DNA from: a virus
Taxonomy: Duplodnaviria > Caudoviricetes
Direction: 5' to 3' (one strand)
IMG/VR virus record: IMGVR_UViG_3300042879_000936
Span: 1 to 31,954 of that record
DNA length: 31,954 bases
In this document: piece after piece, positions 1 to 8,264 of the stretch
How the letters are laid out: every line of letters begins with the position of its first letter
How positions within the stretch are numbered: position 1 is the first letter of the stretch
Notes under the pieces: generated by a model
Seen by the model: only the letters and a program-made list of their open reading frames with translations
Told to the model about the DNA's origin: nothing
The model's database searches: none
Translations under genes and position numbers: made by a program

Positions 1-2
1 TG

Positions 3-266
3 GCGCAGGGCGAGTGCATCGTCCGCAGCGAGGAGTGCCTCGACGAGATGCTGGAGTATGTGGTGCTGGACGATGGCAGCATCGAGGCTGGGTCGCGTCG
101 TGACGAGGCGAGCGGTGCGCGTGAGTCGCACGGTGACCGCGTCATCGCGCTCGCTGGTGCGCTCATGTTGTGTGATGAAGTGGGGCAGCCGATCCCAGAG
201 AAGCCCGAGTTCGGCGAACACACGCTCGGGTCGATCCTCAAGCACGAAGAGGTGCGGTATGGCTAG
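3..266 (+). CDS. terL: Terminase large subunit, C-terminal fragment (5'-truncated by window edge)
   Basis: Frame is open from nt 3 (AQGECIVRSEECLDEMLEYV...). It contains SHGDRVIALAGA, matching the H-D/G-D-x-V-x-A-L-A end of the TerL nuclease domain, and lies upstream of the portal. Confidence 0.8.
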   Translation, partial: AQGECIVRSEECLDEMLEYVVLDDGSIEAGSRRDEASGARESHGDRVIALAGALMLCDEVGQPIPEKPEFGEHTLGSILKHEEVRYG

Positions 267-492
267 GAAGCGTGGACCGTCGCTCGCAGTCGGGCGCGGC
301 GAGAAGTTGCCTGTTTCCAAGGGCGCTGGGCTGACTGCGAAGGGCAGGGCGAAGTACAACCGTGCGACGGGCAGCAAGTTGCAAGCCCCTACGACGGACA
401 AGGACAACCCGCGCCACAAGTCGTTCTGCGCTCGGTCCCGGTCGTGGACCGGGGAGCGCGGCAAGGCTGCACGCAAGCGCTGGGGCTGCTGA
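259..492 (+). CDS. Small basic phage protein (77 aa), probably DUF6321-like
   Basis: ATG 259 overlaps the terL end. MARKRGPS...GLTAKGRAKYNRATGSKLQAP...RHKSFCARS...ARKRWGC resembles a widespread phage family I recall (GLxxKG..YN..TG..LKAP..R.SFCAR..WxC). Confidence 0.7.
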   Translation: MARKRGPSLAVGRGEKLPVSKGAGLTAKGRAKYNRATGSKLQAPTTDKDNPRHKSFCARSRSWTGERGKAARKRWGC

Positions 493-494
493 TC

Positions 495-623
495 ATGGCG
501 AAGAACTCTCTCGTCGGCAACATCAACCGTCGCAAGCGTCTTGGGATCTCGCGCCCCAAGTCGAAGTCAACCGTCAGCGCGAAGTCTTACGCCGCCATGA
601 AGCGCGGCTGGAAGGGCAAGTGA
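495..623 (+). CDS. Lys/Arg-rich micropeptide (42 aa)
   Basis: Hand translation: MAKNSLVGNINRRKRLGISRPKSKSTVSAKSYAAMKRGWKGK, no acidic residues. Starts 3 nt after the previous stop; its TGA overlaps the next ATG (TGATG). Confidence 0.7.
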   Translation: MAKNSLVGNINRRKRLGISRPKSKSTVSAKSYAAMKRGWKGK

Positions 624-733
624 TGCCGAAGGTCGGAAAGAAGTCGTTCCCGTACACCACGAAGGGCAAGGCGGCTGCGAAGGCGTTCGCCAAGAAGGTC
701 GGCAAGAAGATGACCAAGGGCAAGGGCTACTGA
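623..733 (+). CDS. Lys-rich micropeptide (36 aa)
   Basis: MPKVGKKSFPYTTKGKAAAKAFAKKVGKKMTKGKGY (12 Lys). TGATG coupling on both sides. Confidence 0.7.
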   Translation: MPKVGKKSFPYTTKGKAAAKAFAKKVGKKMTKGKGY

Positions 734-867
734 TGCCGTTCAAGTCGAAGGCGCAGCAGGGCTTCATGTTCGCGAAGCACCCGAAGATCGCGAAGCGCTG
801 GGCGAAGGAGACCCCGCGCATGAAGTCGCTTCCTGCGCGTGCGAAGAAGAAGGGAGGTCGCAAGTGA
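733..867 (+). CDS. Lys-rich micropeptide (44 aa)
   Basis: MPFKSKAQQGFMFAKHPKIAKRWAKETPRMKSLPARAKKKGGRK. TGATG-coupled start; the MPFKSxAQ N-terminus is one I recall from small phage ORFs. Confidence 0.7.
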   Translation: MPFKSKAQQGFMFAKHPKIAKRWAKETPRMKSLPARAKKKGGRK

Positions 868-899
868 AGGGCAAGAAGAAGGGCGGCAAGAAGTGCTGA
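864..899 (+). CDS. Putative 11-aa micropeptide MKGKKKGGKKC
   Basis: GTG 864 overlaps the upstream stop (GTGA), with GGAGG at 853-857 six nt upstream. Stop TGA 897-899 overlaps the start region of the next ORF (GTG 893). Confidence 0.45.
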   Translation: MKGKKKGGKKC

Positions 900-1162
900 T
901 CCGCTGCAACGGGAATGTGCTGATCCCTGTCTCCCGCATCGACAAGTGCGAGGACCGGGGTGACACCATCGTCGTGTACATCGATGACGAGCGCCACTAC
1001 GCAAGTGGCGAAGACGCGGAGGTGATCCGCTCGCTCGTCGCGCACAAGGCAACACAGCAGCCGAAGGCTGCACAGGAGAAGAGTCATGTACGGAAAGAAG
1101 AAGGCATCGCGTCCATCCCCGTCTTCCCGCAAGGGGGGAAGCGCAATGGCTCGTCGCGGTGA
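893..1162 (+). CDS. Hypothetical protein (~89 aa)
   Basis: GTG 893 start within ORF 839..1162 (MLIRCNGNVLIPVSRIDKCEDRGDTIVVYIDDERHY...). Typical codon usage; fills the gap in the operon. Confidence 0.55.
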   Translation: MLIRCNGNVLIPVSRIDKCEDRGDTIVVYIDDERHYASGEDAEVIRSLVAHKATQQPKAAQEKSHVRKEEGIASIPVFPQGGKRNGSSR

Positions 1163-1256
1163 CAAGGGTCACGCTGGCGGCGGCATGGGCGGTGGCATGG
1201 GTGGAGGAATGGGCGGCGGCAAGAAGGGCGGCTACCACCGCAAGGGAGCGCGTTGA
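1086..1256 (+). CDS. Basic Gly-rich micropeptide (56 aa) with (GGGM)3 repeat
   Basis: AGGAG upstream of ATG 1086. MYGKKKASRPSPSSRKGGSAMARRGDKGHAGGGMGGGMGGGMGGGKKGGYHRKGAR; ends 3 nt before the portal ATG. An alternative start is ATG 1146. Confidence 0.6.
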   Translation: MYGKKKASRPSPSSRKGGSAMARRGDKGHAGGGMGGGMGGGMGGGKKGGYHRKGAR

Positions 1257-1259
1257 GCC

Positions 1260-2987
1260 ATGCTCAAACTTGATCTGCATTCGCTGATGCGCGAGGTCGA
1301 GGCGGCGGAAGACTTCCGCGACCAGCATCTGTCCGAGTGGCGAAGGCTGATCGAGCGATTCCACGGTCCTGCCTACCGTGCAATCGACACCCATGAGGAT
1401 GACCCGGAGAACTTCGTGCATGAGTATGTGGCGCTGCTGCTGCCGCGCATCGTGCATGACGCTCCGAAGATCCGCGTGAAGAGCGCTCGCCCGGTCACGC
1501 AGTCGATGACGGCTGGTCTGCTTCAGGTCGGCATCAACCGCTGGTGCAAGATGACCAAGGTGCGGAACACGCTGGAGCGCATCGCCACCGATATGTTGCT
1601 CGGCTACGGGGTCGGCATGGTGGTGAACGAGCCGCGCAAGGGCTACCGAGACATCGACGGAGCCGAGCCGTTCCTGCCGCGCCTGTACCGCATCAGCCCG
1701 GATCGGTTCTTCATGGACCCGGCTGCGACGAACATCGAGGATGTCCGCTACATGGGGCATTGCTGGGTGATCGACCGCGACGATCTGCTGGCGCAAGCGG
1801 AGCGCGAGGACGGCTGGGACAGCGAGATCATCAACCGCGTCGCCGACAACAGCGGCGTGGACGAGGTGCGCGAGGGCTACTCGGGCAAGCGCGAGATCCC
1901 GGACCGACAGGAACTTGTGGTGTACGAGGTGTTCGTCCCCGAGGTGAACGACGAGGACATCGAGGAGATCGACGATGCGCTGGGCGCACAGGTGTTCAGC
2001 GGCACGATCTACACGATGATCAAGGGGCAGAGCGCCGACGGCAAGAAGTCCGACGCTGGGTTCGCCCGGAAGCCGCGCCCGTACTACGGTCCGCGCACGG
2101 GTCCGTACACGGTGTTCGGCGTGTACACGGTCCCCGACGATCCGTATCCGCTGTCGCCGATCATGGCGCTCGTCCCGCAGATGGACGATGTCAACCACCA
2201 CCTCCGCTCGATGCGGTACAGCGCCAGCGCGTACAAGCGCCTGATCGCGGTGGACAGCCGGAACGCGAAGTTGGCGCAGGACATCAGGGACAAGGACGAT
2301 CTCTATGTGGTGCTGGCTGACGGCATTGATCCGACACAGGTGGTTCCCATCGAGATCGGCGGCATCACTCCTCAACAGGTGCAGTACTCGGCGATGGCGC
2401 AGGACAGGCTGGACCGGGTGTCGGGCATCCACGACGCGATGCGAGGGAACATCACGGGTCAGCCGACCGCTACCGAAGTCAGCGTTGCGGAAAGCGCATC
2501 GGGGATGCGGATGGCGCACCTGAAGCGCCAGTTTCAGGAGTGCGTCAACGAGGCGATGCGGAATGTCGCGTGGTTCCTGTTCCACGACCGCAAGGTGGTG
2601 TTCCCGCTGGGCGATGACGGCGTGCCGATTGTCGGCGAGCCGGAACCGATGTTCAGCGCCAGCGCGATGGTCGGCGTGTTCGATGACCTCGACCTCGACA
2701 TCGAGGCGATGAGCATGGAGCGAGTCAGCGACATGGTGCTTCAGAAGCGCTCGCTGGAGATGCTGCAACTCATCGGCTCCCTGTCACAGCAAGTCCTCGT
2801 CGCTCCCCATGTGAAGTGGCGCGAGGTGATGTCGATGGTCGGCGACGCGATGAACATCCCGAACCTCGCCGACCTGATCGACCAAGCCCGTGTGATGCAA
2901 ATGCAGCAAGGTGCAGGACAGTCACCACAGGGCGCACCCGGAGAGAACCCCCTCGCACAAATCCTTGCACGAAACAAGGCGAAGTGA
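1260..2987 (+). CDS. Portal protein (podovirus/P22-like)
   Basis: 575 aa, between terminase and scaffold/capsid. Has RISPDRFFMDP and G...TATEV motifs and a Gln-rich C-terminus typical of podoviral portals. Confidence 0.85.
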   Translation: MLKLDLHSLMREVEAAEDFRDQHLSEWRRLIERFHGPAYRAIDTHEDDPENFVHEYVALLLPRIVHDAPKIRVKSARPVTQSMTAGLLQVGINRWCKMTKVRNTLERIATDMLLGYGVGMVVNEPRKGYRDIDGAEPFLPRLYRISPDRFFMDPAATNIEDVRYMGHCWVIDRDDLLAQAEREDGWDSEIINRVADNSGVDEVREGYSGKREIPDRQELVVYEVFVPEVNDEDIEEIDDALGAQVFSGTIYTMIKGQSADGKKSDAGFARKPRPYYGPRTGPYTVFGVYTVPDDPYPLSPIMALVPQMDDVNHHLRSMRYSASAYKRLIAVDSRNAKLAQDIRDKDDLYVVLADGIDPTQVVPIEIGGITPQQVQYSAMAQDRLDRVSGIHDAMRGNITGQPTATEVSVAESASGMRMAHLKRQFQECVNEAMRNVAWFLFHDRKVVFPLGDDGVPIVGEPEPMFSASAMVGVFDDLDLDIEAMSMERVSDMVLQKRSLEMLQLIGSLSQQVLVAPHVKWREVMSMVGDAMNIPNLADLIDQARVMQMQQGAGQSPQGAPGENPLAQILARNKAK

Positions 2988-2989
2988 CC

Positions 2990-3286
2990 ATGCCAAGTTA
3001 CGCTTTCATCGACGAGTCCACGGGCAAGTCCTGCGAACTGGTGTTCGCAATGAAGGACGCTCCCCCGATTGGAGCAACCGTCGAGGTTGATGGGCGGCGA
3101 CTCGTTCGCGTCGTGTCTGACTTCCAAGTCGATCCGGCAACCAACAGATCGCAATACCCCTATGTGAGCAGTTCGCTCCCGCGCCGTTTGGCTGGGTGCA
3201 AGACGAACTCGCAGGGAAAGCCCATCATCGAGTCGCGCCGCCATGAGCGCAATGTCATGGCACAGCACGGGTACGAGAAGGAATAG
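2990..3286 (+). CDS. Small protein with a degenerate FmdB-like N-terminus (98 aa)
   Basis: ATG 2990 just after the portal stop. MPSYAFIDESTGKSCELVFAM resembles the MPxYxYxCxxCG..E ribbon but lacks the Cys pair. Confidence 0.6.
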   Translation: MPSYAFIDESTGKSCELVFAMKDAPPIGATVEVDGRRLVRVVSDFQVDPATNRSQYPYVSSSLPRRLAGCKTNSQGKPIIESRRHERNVMAQHGYEKE

Positions 3287-3292
3287 GACACC

Positions 3293-4204
3293 ATGAGTGA
3301 ACCCGAAATCCAGAACGAGGACACCGAGGTCGAGATGACCGAGGAGATCGCACAGCCCGAAGCGGCATCGAATCAGCGCGACGCTGACGATGATGTCCTC
3401 GACAGGCTCTTTGCCGATGCCGACGAACCCGTCGAAGCACCGGAGCGAGAGGAGCCGACCACCGTTCCGGCAAGCCCGGATCGAGATCGGTACGCAGCCG
3501 TGCTGAAGCGCGACGGCGTGCCGGAAGAAGTCATCGCCACCATCTCCGAGGACACCCTGAAGGCTTGGGCTGCGAAGGCAGAGAAGCGCCAGAAGGATGT
3601 CGATGGGTATGGCAAGAAGATGGCTGACTTGGAGAAGCAGTTGAAGTCTGGCGCGAAGCAGGAGCCGCAGGGTTCCGGCGACGAAGCGGAGGACGATGTT
3701 GACATCGAACCCGACGCTGGCGAAGCCGAGGAGACCACGCAGGAAGACCCGTTCGCGGAGATCGAGGAACTGCTTGGCGACGATGCCGCAAAGCCGCTCA
3801 AGGCGATGCGTGCGGAACTCGCCGAACTTCGCAAGCAGCAGTCTGCCGCTGCGGAGCAATCGTTGCTCGTACAGGTCGATTCAGCCGATGCGTATTTCCG
3901 GTCGCAGTACGGGGCGAAGGCTCCCGAACGCGAGGCGGTGATCGCGGAGATGAATCGGCTCGGTGCGGCAAATCCCGGAACCTACCGAACCGTCATGCAC
4001 CTCGCCGAGGAGGCTTACGCCAGCCTTGCAGGGAAGTCGGTCGCAAAGCCGGATCGAAAGAAGGTCGCTGGTCAGCCGACCGCCGCGAAGACCGTTTCGC
4101 GGACGGAACGCCCCCGCACCCCTGTCGATGCGGAGGATGCGATCCTCGATGCCCTCATGTCTGGGAAGTCTCGCGACGAAGCCATGCGGCTAATCAGAAA
4201 GTGA
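3293..4204 (+). CDS. Capsid scaffolding protein
   Basis: Very acidic, helical/disordered 303-aa protein immediately upstream of the major capsid gene. Confidence 0.75.
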   Translation: MSEPEIQNEDTEVEMTEEIAQPEAASNQRDADDDVLDRLFADADEPVEAPEREEPTTVPASPDRDRYAAVLKRDGVPEEVIATISEDTLKAWAAKAEKRQKDVDGYGKKMADLEKQLKSGAKQEPQGSGDEAEDDVDIEPDAGEAEETTQEDPFAEIEELLGDDAAKPLKAMRAELAELRKQQSAAAEQSLLVQVDSADAYFRSQYGAKAPEREAVIAEMNRLGAANPGTYRTVMHLAEEAYASLAGKSVAKPDRKKVAGQPTAAKTVSRTERPRTPVDAEDAILDALMSGKSRDEAMRLIRK

Positions 4205-4211
4205 GCGCACA

Positions 4212-5537
4212 ATGGCTGGAACCCCCATCCAGACTTTCAATGACTTCATGGCTGCTACTGGTCCCACCTACCTGACCAGCGCAGATGCCGTCATCAACGA
4301 AGCCGTCAAGAACACCTACGCCTTCTCTCGCCTTCTCAAGGACAAGACGAGCGAAGCCACCGTTCAGGGCGGCAACGAGATCCGCGATGTCATCATGTTC
4401 GATGATGCATCGACCTACGACCACTACCTCCCGAACGACACCTTCAACTGGCGCAACAATCAGGTGCTTGACACGATCAAGTGTCCGTGGCGCTTCAGCC
4501 TCGATCACATGGCGTGGACCGACCATGAGGTCGAACTGAACTCGGGCGAAGGCTCGGGTCGCGACTATGTGAAGGCGCAGTACAAGCGCCTCAAGCGCCA
4601 GAAGGAGCAGCGGATGTGGACTTCGCTGCTCAACGGGTTTGAGAATGACCTGTGGGCTTCGCCGTTCGGCAACTCGACGGAGATGGAGAGCGCTGGCGGC
4701 AAGTTGCCGTACTCGCTCCCGTGCTTCATCAACGAGGTTCCCGACTTCAACAACGCCTTCGGCGTTCGTGGCGGTCTGCCCCTCGGCTGGTCTACGGTCA
4801 TGCAACTCGCCAACAACGCGACGAACTCCGATGTCGCTGGCGAGGATCGCTGGACGAACCAGATCTCGTACTACGACCCGACCCCGGGAACTTCTGGTCC
4901 GAACCTCCCGATGACGCAGTACAGCGGCATCGAGAACAGCCGCGTCAACGGTCAGACCTTCAGCGCCACCATCGGCGGTCTGATCACGGCGTTTGACGAG
5001 ATGTTCCTGAAGTGCGAGTTCACCCCGCCAAGCACGAAGCAGGAGTACTTTGAGAAGCCGACGCTCAACCGCCAGATGATCCTCTGCTCGCGGCTCGGCA
5101 TCAACCAGTACAAGCAAGCGCTCCGTGCGTCGAACGACACGCTGGTGTCGTATCAGGACGCGGCGTACACGAACCCGACCTTCAGCGGGATCGAACTGAT
5201 GTACTGCTCCAACCTCGACACGGCTGCGATCTTCCCGAAGTTGTCGAGCGGAACGACGCAGCGCACGGCGTACAACACGGACATCGTCGCCGCCAGCACC
5301 ACCGCTGGCGCGACGGAGACCGACAGCACCGTGATCGATCCCGGCGCTCGCTACTACTGGGTCAACGGCAACTACCTGACCCCGATCTACCACTCGCGTC
5401 GCTTCTTCACGAAGCACGAAGTGATGAAGCACCCCAACCAGCCCTTCACCTATGTTCAGGTGGTGGACTGCTGGTGGAACCTGTTCTGCAACTCCCGCCA
5501 GCGCCACGGCATCGTTGCCCCGCTCGCGATCTCCTGA
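4212..5537 (+). CDS. Major capsid protein (podovirus type, presumed HK97 fold)
   Basis: 441 aa with strongly optimised codons. The pattern ...SRLLKDK...GGNEIRDVIMF...W...E.ELNSG... matches podoviral major capsid proteins; position after scaffold. Confidence 0.85.
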   Translation: MAGTPIQTFNDFMAATGPTYLTSADAVINEAVKNTYAFSRLLKDKTSEATVQGGNEIRDVIMFDDASTYDHYLPNDTFNWRNNQVLDTIKCPWRFSLDHMAWTDHEVELNSGEGSGRDYVKAQYKRLKRQKEQRMWTSLLNGFENDLWASPFGNSTEMESAGGKLPYSLPCFINEVPDFNNAFGVRGGLPLGWSTVMQLANNATNSDVAGEDRWTNQISYYDPTPGTSGPNLPMTQYSGIENSRVNGQTFSATIGGLITAFDEMFLKCEFTPPSTKQEYFEKPTLNRQMILCSRLGINQYKQALRASNDTLVSYQDAAYTNPTFSGIELMYCSNLDTAAIFPKLSSGTTQRTAYNTDIVAASTTAGATETDSTVIDPGARYYWVNGNYLTPIYHSRRFFTKHEVMKHPNQPFTYVQVVDCWWNLFCNSRQRHGIVAPLAIS

Positions 5538-5546
5538 TGAATCTCG

Positions 5547-5570
5547 GGGGTGGCTGGCAACAGCCACCCC
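5547..5570 (+). promoter_or_regulatory. GNRA-capped RNA hairpin after the capsid gene
   Basis: GGGGTGGCTG-GCAA-CAGCCACCCC, a perfect 10-bp stem with no U-tract. Confidence 0.65.
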
Positions 5571-5600
5571 TGACATCACAACAAGAAAGGACTGATCTCA

Positions 5601-6101
5601 ATGATCTTCGCTCCCACCTCTGGTCCCATCGGCTTCCAGCCGCACGGGAATGTGTTCAAGATGATCGTGCAGGGCGCGACCGTCGCCGTCGGCGATGTGG
5701 TCGTGACCTCGCACGCGCACACCGCGTACACCTACCCCGCCACCACCATCGCACAGTTGGAGGCTGGTCCGTTCGCCAATGTTCGCCCCGCCGAGGGCGA
5801 TCAGGCGCTCCACAACGGCTTCATCGGCGTTGTGGTTGGTCTTGGCACGGAAGGAACTGGCACGGTCGGCACGATTGTTGATGTGCAGTTCGGCGGCACT
5901 TGCAAGGCAAAGGTGACCGCCACCGCTGCCGTCAGCCGTGGTACTGCCCTGACGGTTTCCAATACCGCTGGTGAGTTTGACACGGGCGGCGCTGCTACCG
6001 GAACTGTCGCTGCTGCCGTTGCTCTGGGTGAACTTGCGTCTGGAACCGCCCAGATTCAGGTTCTGCTTCAGGGCGGCTTCTACGCTCCTGCCGTGGTCTG
6101 A
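5601..6101 (+). CDS. Capsid decoration/cement-like protein
   Basis: 166 aa, Ala/Gly/Thr/Val-rich and beta-type, directly after the capsid gene; AAGGA upstream. Confidence 0.6.
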   Translation: MIFAPTSGPIGFQPHGNVFKMIVQGATVAVGDVVVTSHAHTAYTYPATTIAQLEAGPFANVRPAEGDQALHNGFIGVVVGLGTEGTGTVGTIVDVQFGGTCKAKVTATAAVSRGTALTVSNTAGEFDTGGAATGTVAAAVALGELASGTAQIQVLLQGGFYAPAVV

Positions 6102-6116
6102 TTGACTCAACCATCA

Positions 6117-6144
6117 CCGCTTGGGGGGGAAACCCCCCGAGCGG
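6117..6144 (+). terminator. Stem-loop, possible weak intrinsic terminator/stabiliser
   Basis: CCGCTTGGGGGG-GAAA-CCCCCCGAGCGG (12 bp, one G-U), followed only by ATTTCC. Confidence 0.55.
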
Positions 6145-6150
6145 ATTTCC

Positions 6151-6891
6151 ATGCCGACCTTCGCTGAAGCCAAGAACCATGCTGTCCTTGCCGTCGGCGG
6201 ATACCCGTCGCTCGCGCCGGGGCAGACGCGCAATGCTCGCCTTGCCGAGATCGTGAATCAGGCTGGGCAGTACCTGTACTCGCGACCGTGGCGGTTCCGG
6301 GAGCGAACCAGCAAGTACCTGTCGCTGGTCGCCGACCAGAACTACATCGCCCTGCCGTCTGACGCGGAGGAACTCCTGTCGATCATCTCGCTGGAGTCTC
6401 TTGGCTACCTGATCGAGATGGTCACGCCTGACCACATGGAGCAGTTGCGGCAACTTGGGCTGACCATGACGGGTCCGGGCGTTACCCATGCGGTGTTCAC
6501 CCGCACCCCTCCGAGCGACGGCGATGCGCTTCCTGCCGTCCGTCTGGACATCTACCCGACCCCGACGGGAGCGGTTGCCGACGCTATCGCCATCCGTTAC
6601 CGGGCTGGGTGGGTGAACATTGCCGAAGGCGCTGCTGATTCGTGGGAGATCCCGATTCCGAAGTACTGCGATGCCCTGTTCATCGCGTACTGCCGAGCAT
6701 TCGCACAGGCTTACGAAGACGAGGGTCTGTCCGCTCGTCTGGTCGAGATCGACGGCGGTCCATTGCTCGCCACGGCTTCGACGAAGGACGGTCTTCTTCA
6801 GCGTGACCTTGGGCGCATCCGCCCGTCGCGCAGCCCTGTTTCCATCAACTGGACCCGCCCTGACTACGGCTATGTCCAGAACCCGAGTTGA
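6151..6891 (+). CDS. Head-tail adaptor protein
   Basis: ATG 6151. MPTFAEAK...IVNQA...PWRF...LVADQNYIALPSD...IYPTP...I.Y pattern of podoviral adaptor proteins; position after head genes. Confidence 0.7.
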   Translation: MPTFAEAKNHAVLAVGGYPSLAPGQTRNARLAEIVNQAGQYLYSRPWRFRERTSKYLSLVADQNYIALPSDAEELLSIISLESLGYLIEMVTPDHMEQLRQLGLTMTGPGVTHAVFTRTPPSDGDALPAVRLDIYPTPTGAVADAIAIRYRAGWVNIAEGAADSWEIPIPKYCDALFIAYCRAFAQAYEDEGLSARLVEIDGGPLLATASTKDGLLQRDLGRIRPSRSPVSINWTRPDYGYVQNPS

Positions 6892-6893
6892 CC

Positions 6894-7691
6894 ATGAACT
6901 ACAAGGGACAATACAACCCTGATCTGCTGTACAGCCCGAACGATGTGGTGCTGTTCGGCAACAGTTCGTTTGCCGCTCGGCGCATGACCAAGGGCGAGCA
7001 GCCGTCCGTCAGTTCCGCCAACTGGGGTCTCGTCGCAATCGGTGGCGGCAATGGCATGAACGGGCTTGACGGGCGCAATGGCGCGGACGGCGCTACCGGA
7101 CCGGGCGTTGCTTCCGGCGGATCGTCCGGTCAGTTCCTTGCCAAGACGAGCGGGGATGACTTCGCCACGGAATGGCGCGATGTGACACCGCAGTCGATTC
7201 GCGCTGCGCCAGCGGTCCACACCCATGATGCGATGTCCATCGTCGGCATGGAGGAGGCGCTTTCAACGCGAGCCGCCTCTCTGCACTCCCATCCGATGTC
7301 GCAGATCGACGGACTTGAATCGGCGATCAACGAACGGGCTGCTGCCGTTCACAAGCACAACGCATCAGACATTATCGCCGGAACGCTCGTCCTTGATTGC
7401 GTTGATGCTGGGACTCTCGTCGTTGACGGCATGGTCATCAATGAGAGCGTGATCAGCACGGACAGCCGACTCACGGTCCATGTGGATGGTGTCGATGCCA
7501 TCTCGATCATCCGAGAGTTCATCCAGATGAACGCTGGTCTTCGGGTCAGGTCGATCCGCATCATCGACAAGAACGCCCCCGCGTCATCGAGTTCGGTCGG
7601 CGAACCCGGAGACATCGGATGGGATTCCTCATACCTGTACCTCTGCACCACGAAGAACAACTGGAAGCGCATCGCGCTTCAGGATTGGTAA
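6894..7691 (+). CDS. Fibre-like virion protein (short collagen-like stretch and HxH repeats)
   Basis: N-terminal Y.G.Y.....Y.PNDVV module, G-x-x repeats (GMNGLDGRNGADGATGP), three HxH repeats at a 22-aa period (nt 7218, 7284, 7350), C-terminal GEPGDIGWDSSYLYLC...WKRIAL. Confidence 0.7.
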   Translation: MNYKGQYNPDLLYSPNDVVLFGNSSFAARRMTKGEQPSVSSANWGLVAIGGGNGMNGLDGRNGADGATGPGVASGGSSGQFLAKTSGDDFATEWRDVTPQSIRAAPAVHTHDAMSIVGMEEALSTRAASLHSHPMSQIDGLESAINERAAAVHKHNASDIIAGTLVLDCVDAGTLVVDGMVINESVISTDSRLTVHVDGVDAISIIREFIQMNAGLRVRSIRIIDKNAPASSSSVGEPGDIGWDSSYLYLCTTKNNWKRIALQDW

Positions 7692-7694
7692 TCA

Positions 7695-8264
7695 ATGCCG
7701 AACCCTCCACTTGTCTCCCTGTCAACGCTGTCGCAACTCCGAACGGAGCCGAGGGAACTGTCTCTCGCAAGCACCACCGCGAACGCGGTCATGCGAAACG
7801 GAACTTCCGTCGCTCGCACGCCGAGCAGCACGCAGCCCGTGACCAGCACGGCAAACGGATCCATCGTGTTCAACAGCGAGGGTCTCAATTACATGAGGCT
7901 CTGCCCCGTTGTGGCGAGGTCATTTGGATCTGACACATACACCTCTGCATCGATGCGGATCACGGGGTGGAACTACGACCAGCCCAACAACCTGTGGGTT
8001 CCGATGCCGATTGCCGATGTAGGTTTGTCGCTTGGCTCATCGTTCTTCGTGCTTTCGCAAATCGGAGCAAGTCCAAGTTTCCGTCAAGCAATCGGATTCA
8101 CCCTGAACTCTGGTGATGCCAAGATCTTCTCGACCATGACCGTCGCGGAGAACGGCGGCTGGATGTGCATCGACACTTGGGGTTGCCAGCGCATCGAACT
8201 TGAATTCCGTGGGACTGTGACCGCTGGATCGCCTGTCTGCAACTGCTTCTTCATGTCGGCATGA
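7695..8264 (+). CDS. Hypothetical virion protein (beta-rich)
   Basis: 189-aa ORF tightly coupled within the tail gene cluster. Confidence 0.6.
   Translation: MPNPPLVSLSTLSQLRTEPRELSLASTTANAVMRNGTSVARTPSSTQPVTSTANGSIVFNSEGLNYMRLCPVVARSFGSDTYTSASMRITGWNYDQPNNLWVPMPIADVGLSLGSSFFVLSQIGASPSFRQAIGFTLNSGDAKIFSTMTVAENGGWMCIDTWGCQRIELEFRGTVTAGSPVCNCFFMSA

Noticed and set aside
5530-5600. Programmed frameshift or read-through extending the capsid protein
   Set aside because: Tandem TGA TGA stops and no slippery heptamer; the downstream gene has its own AAGGA RBS.
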